This document shows positions 38,271 through 47,095 of a DNA stretch of 64,000 bases, piece by piece. The DNA lies in NCBI GenBank assembly GCA_965237635.1, contig CBDEFX010000002.1, positions 1,874,554 through 1,938,553 of the forward strand. Reading direction: 5' to 3'. Source of the stretch: Dehalococcoidia bacterium. Its GTDB lineage: Bacteria; Chloroflexota; Dehalococcoidia; Lucifugimonadales; CAUZJF01. The translations under genes were made by a program, and so were the position numbers. Under the pieces are notes generated by a model. It saw nothing but the letters and a program-made list of their open reading frames with translations, had not been told where the DNA came from and did not search any database. How positions within the stretch are numbered: the stretch's first letter is position 1; every line of letters starts with the position of its first letter.

Positions 38271-40118
38271 ATGTACGGCTACAACGGCCGAGCGCTGCTG
38301 GTCGACCTGACTACCCAGACCGTCCAATGGGAAACCCTGCCCGAGGATGTCCTGCAAGAGTTCATCGGCGGCATTGGCCTGGGCACCTACCTGCTTTACA
38401 AACACTGTCCGCCGAACGTCGACCCTCTGGGCCCAGCCAACCCCTTGATTTTCGTGACGAGCCCGCTGGTCGGAAGCAGGCTGACGACTTCCAGTAAGTT
38501 CGCAGTCGTCACCAAGTCGCCGCTGACCGGTTTCATCGGCGACTCACTCTCCTCGAGCTTCCTGGCCACCGAGCTGAAAAAGTGCGGCTGCGACGCCCTG
38601 GTCATCAGGGGCAAAAGCCCCTTCCCTACTCTCCTTTCTATCGTCGATGGGGCAGTCGACTTTCTTGACGGGAGCGACCTCCTCGGCCTGACCACCTCGG
38701 AGACGGAGAGGACGGTCAAGGAGCGGATGGGTCGTGGTACCAGAGTGGCCTCTATCGGCCCGGCAGGCGAAAGGCTCGTGCGGTTCGCCAGCATCGCTAA
38801 CGACGGCGGGCGCCAGGCGGGCCGGACCGGCCCAGGCGCCGTCATGGGCTCCAAGAACCTGAAGGCGATCGCATTACAAGGCAGCAACTCGGTACCCGTC
38901 AACGATCCCGAGTCCCTGAACACAATAGGCAAGGACCTGACTCAGCGAAGCCTCGGCCCGGCGACCGAAAAGTATCGGACCCTAGGCACGATGGCCAACG
39001 TATCGGTGTTCAACCGGCTGGGTACACTGCCCACGCGGAACTTTCAGCAGTCGACTTTTGATGAGGCCGAAGAGGTGAGCGGCGAGGAGTTCGTCCGTTC
39101 CCACCACGTCAAGAACGCCCACTGCGCGAACTGCACCATAGGGTGCGAGCACATCATTGTCACGACAGACAACGGCACGCCTTCCGAGGGCCGAATGGAG
39201 TACGAGAGCACGTTCGCCCTCGGCCCGCTGTTGGGTATCGGGAATCCCAATGTGGTCATCCGGGCCTCCCACCTCTGCGACGAGCTTGGGATGGACACTA
39301 TCAGTGCGGGCGCTACCATCGCCTGGGCGATGGAGTGCTTTGATCGCGGCGTCCTGACACACCAAGAGACCGGGGGGACCGAGCTACGCTTTGGCGACGA
39401 AGACGCGGTGATGTCCGGCCTGCGGCTAATAGCGCAAAGAGACGGTCTCGGGGACCTACTGGCCGACGGTAGCCGCACGGCGTCTCAAGTGGTTGGGAAG
39501 GGGTCCGGCGATTGGGCGATGCAGGTCAAGGGACTAGAGATGCCGGGATACGAGCCGCGAAGCCTCAAGACTATGGCCCTCAGCCTGGCGGTCAGCACCA
39601 GAGGAGCATGCCACAACCGCTCGTCCGCCTACGAGGCCGACTTCTCTTCCAGGGTGGACCGGCTTAGCGTTGACGAGCGGCGCGGCCGCATAACCAAGGA
39701 AGGGGAGGACTTCTCTGCGGTGCTCGACTCGCTCATCTGGTGCAAGTTCCTGCGCAAGGCGTTCGACGAATTCTACGACGAGTCGGCCGCTATCTACGAG
39801 CACGTTACGGGCTGGCCGATGACTCCCGACCAGCTGAAGCAGGCGGGGGAGCGCATCAACAACCTCAAGAAACTATTCAACATCCGAGAGGGCTGGGTGC
39901 GATCGGACGACACGCTGCCGCCTCGCGTGCTCCAAGAGAAGCTGCCAACGGGCGTAGCGCGCGGCGTCGGCCTGAGCCGCGAAGACCTTGACATGATGAT
40001 TGGCGGGTACTATCAGGCGCGAGACTGGACTGAGGACGGTCAGGTGCCGGACAGCAAGGCGCGCGAGCTGGGGCTGGCGGACTTGGTGAGTGAGCCAGTG
40101 CCGGCGGGCAACCGGTAA
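38271..40118 (+). CDS. aor: Aldehyde:ferredoxin oxidoreductase (tungsto/molybdopterin AOR family)
   Basis: 615 aa. MYGYNGRALLVDLTT...LQEFIGGIGLGTYLLY and LVTSPLTG fit the AOR family, and the 4Fe-4S ligand region contains C..C...C. Confidence 0.85.
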   Translation: MYGYNGRALLVDLTTQTVQWETLPEDVLQEFIGGIGLGTYLLYKHCPPNVDPLGPANPLIFVTSPLVGSRLTTSSKFAVVTKSPLTGFIGDSLSSSFLATELKKCGCDALVIRGKSPFPTLLSIVDGAVDFLDGSDLLGLTTSETERTVKERMGRGTRVASIGPAGERLVRFASIANDGGRQAGRTGPGAVMGSKNLKAIALQGSNSVPVNDPESLNTIGKDLTQRSLGPATEKYRTLGTMANVSVFNRLGTLPTRNFQQSTFDEAEEVSGEEFVRSHHVKNAHCANCTIGCEHIIVTTDNGTPSEGRMEYESTFALGPLLGIGNPNVVIRASHLCDELGMDTISAGATIAWAMECFDRGVLTHQETGGTELRFGDEDAVMSGLRLIAQRDGLGDLLADGSRTASQVVGKGSGDWAMQVKGLEMPGYEPRSLKTMALSLAVSTRGACHNRSSAYEADFSSRVDRLSVDERRGRITKEGEDFSAVLDSLIWCKFLRKAFDEFYDESAAIYEHVTGWPMTPDQLKQAGERINNLKKLFNIREGWVRSDDTLPPRVLQEKLPTGVARGVGLSREDLDMMIGGYYQARDWTEDGQVPDSKARELGLADLVSEPVPAGNR

Positions 40119-40122
40119 AGAA

Positions 40123-40165
40123 GTCCCTCGATACGTCCCGATTCCAAATCGGGACTACTCGGGAT
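40123..40165 (+). repeat. Intergenic hairpin repeat family A, copy 2
   Basis: GTCCCTCGATACGTCCCGATTCCAAATCGGGACTACTCGGGAT lies 5 nt after the aor stop. The inner stem GTCCCGATT/AATCGGGAC is perfect. Confidence 0.75.
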
Positions 40166-40241
40166 ATTCAGGCAGGGCCTCTACGGCACGTGCGACCCCG
40201 AATCGGACCAATCGGGATGTTACGAACATAGCGAGGTCAAG

Positions 40242-40709
40242 TTGGTGACAGACCAGAAATCGCTTCGAGCGGCGCTTCGCGAAAAGTTTCCCAGGGACCA
40301 CGGCCAGCTACTTCCAGCACTTCACTTTCTTCAGCACGAGTTCGGCTATCTTCCAGACTGGGCGATGGAGGTCGTCGGGTGGCACCTGGGCATACCCGCC
40401 AGCGAGGTGTACGGCGCAGCGACCAGCTATACCGAGTTCAGGGTCGAGGAGCCGGGGACCCACGTCCTGAGGGTATGTACCGGGCTTAGCTGCTGGACTA
40501 ACGGGGGCAGCGAGCTGTTGGGCAAGGTGGTCGACAAACTACAAGTCCATCCTGGAGAGACGACTCCGGACGGCATGGTTACGTTTGAAGAAACGGCCTG
40601 TGGATACCTGTGCGCGGTCGCGCCAGCCGTTGAGTGGGACGGCAAGTGGACCGGGCGCGCCACTACCAAGTCGGTCACAGGCTTTCTTCGAGAGGCGACC
40701 AATTCATGA
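40242..40709 (+). CDS. NuoE-like 2Fe-2S subunit (formate dehydrogenase gamma-type)
   Basis: 155 aa. LLPALHFLQHEFGYLP and the Cys pattern VCTGLSC...CGYLC are of the thioredoxin-like [2Fe-2S] type. Confidence 0.8.
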   Translation: MVTDQKSLRAALREKFPRDHGQLLPALHFLQHEFGYLPDWAMEVVGWHLGIPASEVYGAATSYTEFRVEEPGTHVLRVCTGLSCWTNGGSELLGKVVDKLQVHPGETTPDGMVTFEETACGYLCAVAPAVEWDGKWTGRATTKSVTGFLREATNS

Positions 40710-42307
40710 CTGTCAATGTTGCAGATCGGCTCGAGGTGCTCAGGCAGGCCGCGCGAGAGCACTTGGACGAGACGCGCGCCGGTAAGACCAGAGTCGTGGT
40801 CGAGGTCGGCCACTGCTCGCAGTCGGTCGGTGCCGAGGAAGTGGCGACATCGCTAGCGGCCTCGATTCCTGACGATGCCTTCCTCGTTGTGGCAGGGTGC
40901 GATGGCGCATGCTTCCAGGCCCCGAAGGTCGTGGTGTCATACGACTCGGGCGACCAGCGCGTTCTCACCCAAATTGATGTTGCCGAGGCTAAGAATCTCG
41001 CTAGCTCGTTGCCTATTGGCCAAGAGGGTGCCAGCCAAACCGAGGAAGCGTTCTTCAGCAACCAGAAACGCATCGCCCTGGACCTCTGCGGAGAGATCGA
41101 CAGTACGGGTCTCAACGACTACCTGCTTCATGGAGGGTATGAAGGCCTCGCCCACGCGTTGTCCATGACGCCGGAAGAGGTGATTGAGGAGGTGAAGGCG
41201 TCGGGTCTGAGAGGCAGAGGCGGGGCATACTTCCCTGCCGCGCTGAAGTGGGAGGGCGCTCGCAAGGTAGACGCTGACAACAGGTATCTAGTCGTCAACT
41301 CGGAGGAGGGCGAGCCGGGCATATTCAAAGACCGCCACCTGATGGAGGGGGTGCCTCATCGCATCGTCGAGGGCACGATCATCGCAGCATACGCCTCTGG
41401 TGTAGACCAGGCGTATATATACATCAACGCCGAGGCCAATCTCTCCGCTGAGAGGATGGACAACGCACTCCAGGGAGCCTATGAGGCCAGCCTTGTTGGT
41501 GAAAACGTCCTGGGGTCCGGCTTCAACCTGAACATTGAGGTCCGGCGCGGTGCCGGGGGTTACGTCTGTGGCGAAGAGACTACGATGCTCAACACGATGG
41601 AGGGCTATCGCCGTGAGCCGCGTCTCAGACCACCCTTCCCTACCCAAGCGGGGCTATGGGCCAAGCCAACCGTGATTAACAATACGGAGACGCTGGCCAG
41701 CGTACCGTTTATTCTTGCTAACGGTGCGGCTGCCTTCGCTGAAATCGGCACCGAGGACGCCAAGGGCACCAAGATCGTCAGCCTAAGCGGGTCGGTGCGC
41801 AAGCCAGGGATAGTCGAAGTCCCGATGGGGACGACGCTACGCGAGATCCTCTACGAACTAGGTGAGGGACCTCCGTCCGGGCGGACCCTGACGGCCGTCG
41901 CCGTCGGAGGGCCGTCGAGTGGGGTATTTCCGACGTCGATGCTGGATTCGCCCATCGGCCCTGGGCTGCTCCACGAATCAGGCGTGATGCTGGGTGCAGG
42001 GGGCGTTATCGCGTTGGACGAACGCGTCGGAGTGGTGGAGGTGGTGCGCCGGCTGGCCGCGTATAATGCGGCCGAGTCATGCGGCAAGTGCACGCCCTGC
42101 CGGGAGGGAACGCCCCGAATGGTGGATGCGATAGACCGCCTGATGTCGGAACGCGGCTCGCCGGCAGACCTGGACGAGCTGAGACACCTGGCGGAGGTCG
42201 TAGGGCTGGCCTCCCTCTGCGGTCTGGGTCAGGCAGCAGGCGCGCCGATCAACAGCGCCCTGCACTTCTTCGGTGAAGAGCTGGCGATGTTGGCGGGGGT
42301 CAGCTAG
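40706..42307 (+). CDS. NuoF-like NAD(H)/FMN/4Fe-4S subunit (formate dehydrogenase beta-type)
   Basis: The ATG at 40706 overlaps the upstream stop (ATGA). GLRGRGGAYFP, NSEEGEPGIFKDR and ESCGKCTPCREG are present. Confidence 0.85.
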   Translation: MTVNVADRLEVLRQAAREHLDETRAGKTRVVVEVGHCSQSVGAEEVATSLAASIPDDAFLVVAGCDGACFQAPKVVVSYDSGDQRVLTQIDVAEAKNLASSLPIGQEGASQTEEAFFSNQKRIALDLCGEIDSTGLNDYLLHGGYEGLAHALSMTPEEVIEEVKASGLRGRGGAYFPAALKWEGARKVDADNRYLVVNSEEGEPGIFKDRHLMEGVPHRIVEGTIIAAYASGVDQAYIYINAEANLSAERMDNALQGAYEASLVGENVLGSGFNLNIEVRRGAGGYVCGEETTMLNTMEGYRREPRLRPPFPTQAGLWAKPTVINNTETLASVPFILANGAAAFAEIGTEDAKGTKIVSLSGSVRKPGIVEVPMGTTLREILYELGEGPPSGRTLTAVAVGGPSSGVFPTSMLDSPIGPGLLHESGVMLGAGGVIALDERVGVVEVVRRLAAYNAAESCGKCTPCREGTPRMVDAIDRLMSERGSPADLDELRHLAEVVGLASLCGLGQAAGAPINSALHFFGEELAMLAGVS

Positions 42308-42330
42308 ACTTCGCTAGAAGGAGGCTGAGA

Positions 42331-42534
42331 TTGGCTCAGGCAAAAAGACGGTTCCTGGTGGACGAAAATGGACGTAGAACTTCAGTAGTTCTGCCTATAG
42401 GGGAGTTTCAGGAGCTAATGGAAGATCTGGAAGATTTGGCAGTCATAGCAGAAAGGAACGAAGAGCCGGCCGAATCTCTTGAAGCAGTGAAAAAGAGGCT
42501 GGAAGCCAAGTGGCTGAATACAGGGTCGAGCTAA
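42331..42534 (+). CDS. Type II antitoxin (RelB/Phd-like) of a RelE-family pair
   Basis: 67 aa with a TTG start and an acidic C-terminal half. It overlaps the following RelE/ParE-like gene by 25 nt. Confidence 0.55.
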   Translation: MAQAKRRFLVDENGRRTSVVLPIGEFQELMEDLEDLAVIAERNEEPAESLEAVKKRLEAKWLNTGSS

Positions 42535-42770
42535 AGCGCTCCGCCGCCCAAGAGCTAGAGGCCCTCCAGCCCAGGTTAGCCAGACGGATCTTCGAATCCA
42601 TACAGAAGCTAGGCAACGAACCGAGACCGCGACAGTCCCGAAAGCTGGTTGGGAGCGTGAGTTCCTACCGTCTCAGAGTCAGCACCTATAGGGTGCTGTA
42701 TCAAATCGACGACACGGAGATGAAAATAACCATATTCGCTATCGGTCATCGCAGGGAGATCTATCGGTAG
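42510..42770 (+). CDS. relE: RelE/ParE-family toxin
   Basis: 86 aa. YRVELKRSAAQELEAL...KLVGSVSSYRLRVSTYRVLYQIDDTEMKITIFAIGHRREIY is the typical RelE/StbE pattern. Confidence 0.75.
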   Translation: MAEYRVELKRSAAQELEALQPRLARRIFESIQKLGNEPRPRQSRKLVGSVSSYRLRVSTYRVLYQIDDTEMKITIFAIGHRREIYR

Positions 42771-42802
42771 CCTCTTCTGAATTCGATTTCTGAAAGGCCG
42801 CG

Positions 42803-45556
42803 ATGAACATTGCACTCGAGATAGACGGGAACAAGGTCGAGGCGCACGCCGGGGCGTCAGTCTTGGACGCCATCAATGCGTCGGGCACCTATGTGCCACA
42901 GCTGTGCAAGGACCCGGACATGAAGCCGATTGGCGCCTGCCGCACGTGCCTTGTACAGGTCGAGGGTACCCGCGGGTTCCCGGCGTCGTGCTCTGTGCCG
43001 GTGTCCGACGGCATGCAGGTCTGGACCGACACGCCGCAGGTGCGCGCCATACGAAAGGGCGTGCTGGAGCTCACTCAGTCTATGGTCGGTGGCAATGGCA
43101 ACGGCTCGGTCCATAAAGAGCTGACCATCGCCGCCAGGCACCATGACCTGGAGAGACCTCGCTGGTCGAGCCGGGGGCGCGAGCCGGTCGATGCCAGCAA
43201 CCCGGTCTTCAATATCGCGATGGACGACTGCATTTTGTGCGGCCGGTGCGCGCAGGCCTGCCAGGACGGCCACCAGTTCATAGGAGCCATCGACCTCCTA
43301 GGCAGCGGCCAGACCAGCCGCATCGGCACCTTCATGGACAAGCCGCTGGTAGAGTCGGTCTGCACTACCTGCGGGCAGTGCCTATCGGTCTGCCCCACCG
43401 GCGCCATAGAGGTCAAGGCTCCGGTCGAGAACGTCGCCAGGACGGTGACGACCACCTGCCCTTACTGTGGCGTCGGATGTGGGGTCAACGCCCAGGTCGA
43501 CGAAAACGAGCGGATCATCGCGATGCTGGACGACCCAGACAACCAGTCAAGCGTTGGTATGCTTTGTGTCAAAGGTCGGTTCGGGTATACATTCGTCCAC
43601 CACCAAGACCGGCTCACGACGCCGCTAATCCGGGAGAACGGGCAGTTCAGGTCGGCCTCCTGGGACGAAGCGCTGGACTACGTGGCCGAGCGCCTTTCGG
43701 AGTACCGTGGCGACTCGTTCGCGACCCTATGCTCGGCGAAGGCTACCAACGAGGACGGCTACGTGCAGCAGAAACTCGCCCGGCTGGTCATGCAGACGAA
43801 CAACATCGACCACTGCACCCGTCTGTGCCACTCGCCGTCGGTCGAGGCCATGCTCACGTCGCTGGGGAGCGGCGCCACCAGCAACTCCTATATCGACTAC
43901 GAGGAGGCAGGCTGCCTGGTCATCATCGGGTCGGACGCCAACTCCAACCACCCAGTGGCCGCCTCCCGAATGCGCCGAGCCGTCATCGAGCGAGGCGCGA
44001 AGCTGATCGTCATCAACCCGCGGCGGATAGAGATGTGCGACTTCGCCGACCTGTGGCTGAGGCCGAGGCCGGGTACCGACGTCGCGCTCCTCAACGCCAT
44101 GGCAAAGGTAGTCCTGGACGAAGGGCTAATGGACGAGCAGTTTGTCCGGGAACGGACCGAGGGGTTCGAAGAGTGGCGGACCGTGGTCGACAAGTACGAC
44201 CTCGAAAACGCCGAGAAGACAACCGGCGTACCGGCCAACGACATCGCGCAGGCGGCTCGCATCTACGCCAGCCCGCCGTTTAGCGGTTCGTGTTTGATCT
44301 GGGGCATGGGCATCACCCAGCACACGAACGGGACAGCAAACGCCCACGGCCTCCTTAACCTGGCGTTCGTAGCGGGCCAGCTTGGGAGGCCGGGCTCTGG
44401 AATCTCACCGCTCCGAGGGCAGAACAACGTGCAGGGCTGCGGCGACGCCGGATGCCTGCCCAACGCGTTCCCAGGCTATCAGACACTCAACGAAGCCAGC
44501 GTCGGAAAGTTCGAGGAGGCGTGGGGGAACCACGCTCTGCCCCAGGAGAAGGGCCTGGTGGTAACCGATATGGTCGAGGCCGCGCTCGACGGTAGGGTCA
44601 AGGCGATGTACATCACCGGGGAGAACCCCCTGTTAAGCGAGCCCGATCTTCATCATGCCGAGAAGGCGTTCAAGAACCTGGAGTTCCTGGTGGTGCAGGA
44701 CATCTTTATGCACGAGACCGCGGAGGTCGCCGACGTCATCCTGCCCGCCACCACATTTGCTGAGAAAGACGGCACGTTCACGAATAGCGAGCGCCGGGTA
44801 CAGCGGGTCAGGAAGGTGGTCGAGCCCGTCGGCCAGAGCCGGCCGGACTGGGACATCCTGTCAGACCTCGGTAGGCGCATGAGCCGGCGCATGGACCTAG
44901 GGATGGAGAACGAGTTCACATACGGCCGCCCCTCGGAGATATGGGACGAGATGGCCGGACTGATGCCCATCGTACAGGGCATTTCTTACCAGCGGCTCGA
45001 CGCAGAGGGCGGAATCCAGTGGCCATGTCCCACGCCGGACCACCCCGGCACCCGCTACCTCTACGAGAAAGATTTTCCAATTGGGCCCCGGGCAAAATTT
45101 GTGCCGTTCGAACAGGGGCCCCAAGCGGAGGAGCTACCCACCAAGCGGTTCCCGCTCATACTCAACACCGGCCGCATCCTGTACCACTGGCACGGCGGCA
45201 CGATAACTAAACGCGCCTCGGGACTGCTGGCTCGCTCACCGGAGTTGGAGATAGCCTTGAGTGCCGAAGACGGTGAGCGCTACGGAGTCGCGGACGGAGA
45301 GTGGATCAGGCTGCGGTCCAGGCGAGGCGATCTGGAGGGCAGGGCCAAGTACACGGACAAGATGCGCGCCGGCGAGGTCTTCGTGCCCTTCGTCAAGCTC
45401 CAGGCACACGCCGCCAACTTCCTGACCAACTCGGCATTCGACCCGAACTCCAAGATACCGGAGTACAAAGTCTGCGCGGTCCGTATAGAAAGGATCGACG
45501 GCGGGAGCTCCAGGCGAGCCAAGCAAGAGAGAGCCACAGTTGGTGACCGGAGTTAG
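42803..45556 (+). CDS. fdhA: NAD-linked formate dehydrogenase alpha subunit (molybdopterin, Cys-type)
   Basis: 917 aa. It has an N-terminal 2Fe-2S domain, 4Fe-4S ferredoxin motifs (CILCGRCAQAC, CTTCGQCLSVCP), the MopB 4Fe-4S motif CPYCGVGC and the active-site region HCTRLCHSPS. There is no in-frame TGA. Confidence 0.9.
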   Translation: MNIALEIDGNKVEAHAGASVLDAINASGTYVPQLCKDPDMKPIGACRTCLVQVEGTRGFPASCSVPVSDGMQVWTDTPQVRAIRKGVLELTQSMVGGNGNGSVHKELTIAARHHDLERPRWSSRGREPVDASNPVFNIAMDDCILCGRCAQACQDGHQFIGAIDLLGSGQTSRIGTFMDKPLVESVCTTCGQCLSVCPTGAIEVKAPVENVARTVTTTCPYCGVGCGVNAQVDENERIIAMLDDPDNQSSVGMLCVKGRFGYTFVHHQDRLTTPLIRENGQFRSASWDEALDYVAERLSEYRGDSFATLCSAKATNEDGYVQQKLARLVMQTNNIDHCTRLCHSPSVEAMLTSLGSGATSNSYIDYEEAGCLVIIGSDANSNHPVAASRMRRAVIERGAKLIVINPRRIEMCDFADLWLRPRPGTDVALLNAMAKVVLDEGLMDEQFVRERTEGFEEWRTVVDKYDLENAEKTTGVPANDIAQAARIYASPPFSGSCLIWGMGITQHTNGTANAHGLLNLAFVAGQLGRPGSGISPLRGQNNVQGCGDAGCLPNAFPGYQTLNEASVGKFEEAWGNHALPQEKGLVVTDMVEAALDGRVKAMYITGENPLLSEPDLHHAEKAFKNLEFLVVQDIFMHETAEVADVILPATTFAEKDGTFTNSERRVQRVRKVVEPVGQSRPDWDILSDLGRRMSRRMDLGMENEFTYGRPSEIWDEMAGLMPIVQGISYQRLDAEGGIQWPCPTPDHPGTRYLYEKDFPIGPRAKFVPFEQGPQAEELPTKRFPLILNTGRILYHWHGGTITKRASGLLARSPELEIALSAEDGERYGVADGEWIRLRSRRGDLEGRAKYTDKMRAGEVFVPFVKLQAHAANFLTNSAFDPNSKIPEYKVCAVRIERIDGGSSRRAKQERATVGDRS

Positions 45557-45627
45557 CGATGGAACGTTCCGGTCACCTTAAACCCCCACTCCGCTAAGCG
45601 GACAGGCCCTTCTCATGCGCTTCGTAG

Positions 45628-45648
45628 GGGCGGGTTTCAAACCCGCCC
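45628..45648. repeat. GC hairpin repeat family D, copy 2 (opposite orientation)
   Basis: GTAG-GGGCGGGTTTCAAACCCGCCC. Its reverse complement equals the 16497 copy except for a compensatory A:T to G:C pair in the stem. Confidence 0.6.
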
Positions 45649-45672
45649 TCGCTCTGCTAGGGTAAAGGACAT

Positions 45673-46200
45673 ATGCTAGCGCCAGTCGTTATCGTCGAAT
45701 ACGATCCTCGATGGCCGACCGGCTTCCAGGCAGCACGCTCTGCCATAATGAAGGCCGTGGGCCCCCTTCTGCTGTCGATCGAGCACGTTGGAAGCACAGC
45801 GGTCCCGGGTCTGGCTGCGAAGCCGATCATCGACATCATGCCAGGCCTGAGGAGCTTCGACGACGGGCACTCCTGCGTCGAGTTGCTTGAACCCATAGGA
45901 TACCGATACAAAGGAGATAACGGCATACCCGGTCGACACTATTTCGATTACTCCGGAGTGGACGGTACACAGCATGTACACATGGTAGTCATCGACTCTG
46001 ATTTCTGGACTCGGCAGATACGGTTCAGGGACTACCTCCGAGCGCACCCGGACTCTGCACGCGAATATTCTACGCTGAAATACTCGTTGGCCGAGCGTTT
46101 CCGGAATGATAGGGTGGCCTACACGGAAGCGAAAACCGAGTTTATCGAGGGCGTCCTGCGGCGAACGAACAGTTCGATACATATGAGCGTAAAGCAATGA
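45673..46200 (+). CDS. GrpB-family (UPF0157) protein
   Basis: 175 aa. IEHVGSTAVPGLAAKPIIDIM and RDYLRAHPDSAREYSTLK are GrpB motifs. Confidence 0.8.
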   Translation: MLAPVVIVEYDPRWPTGFQAARSAIMKAVGPLLLSIEHVGSTAVPGLAAKPIIDIMPGLRSFDDGHSCVELLEPIGYRYKGDNGIPGRHYFDYSGVDGTQHVHMVVIDSDFWTRQIRFRDYLRAHPDSAREYSTLKYSLAERFRNDRVAYTEAKTEFIEGVLRRTNSSIHMSVKQ

Positions 46201-46946
46201 CAAACCCCATCACTCGGCTGCCGAAACCCGACGCCGCGCAGTTCAAGGGCAGTCGGAAGCTCTTTCTCGTGCCGACGTTCCTGATCTCTCCCGACGCGCC
46301 GGAGGACGGCCAGCTCCTACTGGAGCGCTACTGGACCGAGGTCAGAGACCACATCGACAATCTGGAAAAGTCGCTCGGAAAAGTGTCGCACGTCTATCAC
46401 GAGATGATCTTCAGTGATGGAGATGAAGGGACAAGAATGTTGGAGGGGTTGAACCCAAAGGGCTCGTCCTTCATCCTGGCGATGTGCAAATCGGAGGCCC
46501 GGCTGGAGGCCACGGATGACCGCGCCCTGGTCGAGGAGAGCGGCGATTGGCAGCGTTGTATCTCGGTTGGGCTCATGAGCCAAAAGGTGTTGTCAGCAGC
46601 GACGGAGGGCTTCCAGGAGGCGACTAAGGGGCGCTTCGATCACATCGGCGCCCGTATCGACGAGACCCTGAAGGACGGTGAGTCCGGCGCCCTGTTCATA
46701 AGCGAGGACCACCGGGTCCAGTTCCCCACCGACGTTAAGGTGTTCTACGTCGCTCCGCCGGCCCTGGACGCGCTGAAGAGATGGATAGGCGACCAGGTCC
46801 GTCTGGCGTCGGAAAGGTTTCGGCAACCTCAAGAGAATATTGAGCCGGAGGAGGCCGCCGACTCTGAGCAGCCTGCCGGGTCGGAGCAGGCCGAGGAGCC
46901 TGAATTGGGCGCGGAGTCCGGCGGTCCAGAGCCTAAAGGGGAATAA
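46197..46946 (+). CDS. Hypothetical protein with an acidic C-terminal tail
   Basis: 249-aa ORF. The start overlaps the GrpB stop (ATGA). Amino-acid composition is normal, and I recognise no family. Confidence 0.5.
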   Translation: MTNPITRLPKPDAAQFKGSRKLFLVPTFLISPDAPEDGQLLLERYWTEVRDHIDNLEKSLGKVSHVYHEMIFSDGDEGTRMLEGLNPKGSSFILAMCKSEARLEATDDRALVEESGDWQRCISVGLMSQKVLSAATEGFQEATKGRFDHIGARIDETLKDGESGALFISEDHRVQFPTDVKVFYVAPPALDALKRWIGDQVRLASERFRQPQENIEPEEAADSEQPAGSEQAEEPELGAESGGPEPKGE

Positions 46947-46968
46947 TCAGCCGGCTGTTTTGGAGCGT

Positions 46969-47010
46969 GTCCCTCGATACGTCCCGATGGCAATCGGGAC
47001 TACTCGGGAT
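46969..47010 (+). repeat. Intergenic hairpin repeat family A, copy 3
   Basis: GTCCCTCGATACGTCCCGATGGCAATCGGGACTACTCGGGAT lies 23 nt after the stop at 46946. Confidence 0.75.
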
Positions 47011-47095
47011 GAACGGAATTGGGAGTTAACTGAGTGCTCTGTGGGAGCCGGGGAGATTTTTCCAGACCACGTTGGGTTGGTCCAAGAGCGGTGAT

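Noticed and set aside
42803-45556. Selenocysteine-type formate dehydrogenase.
   Set aside because: The 917-codon ORF has no in-frame TGA, and the active-site position reads Cys (HCTRLCHSPS).
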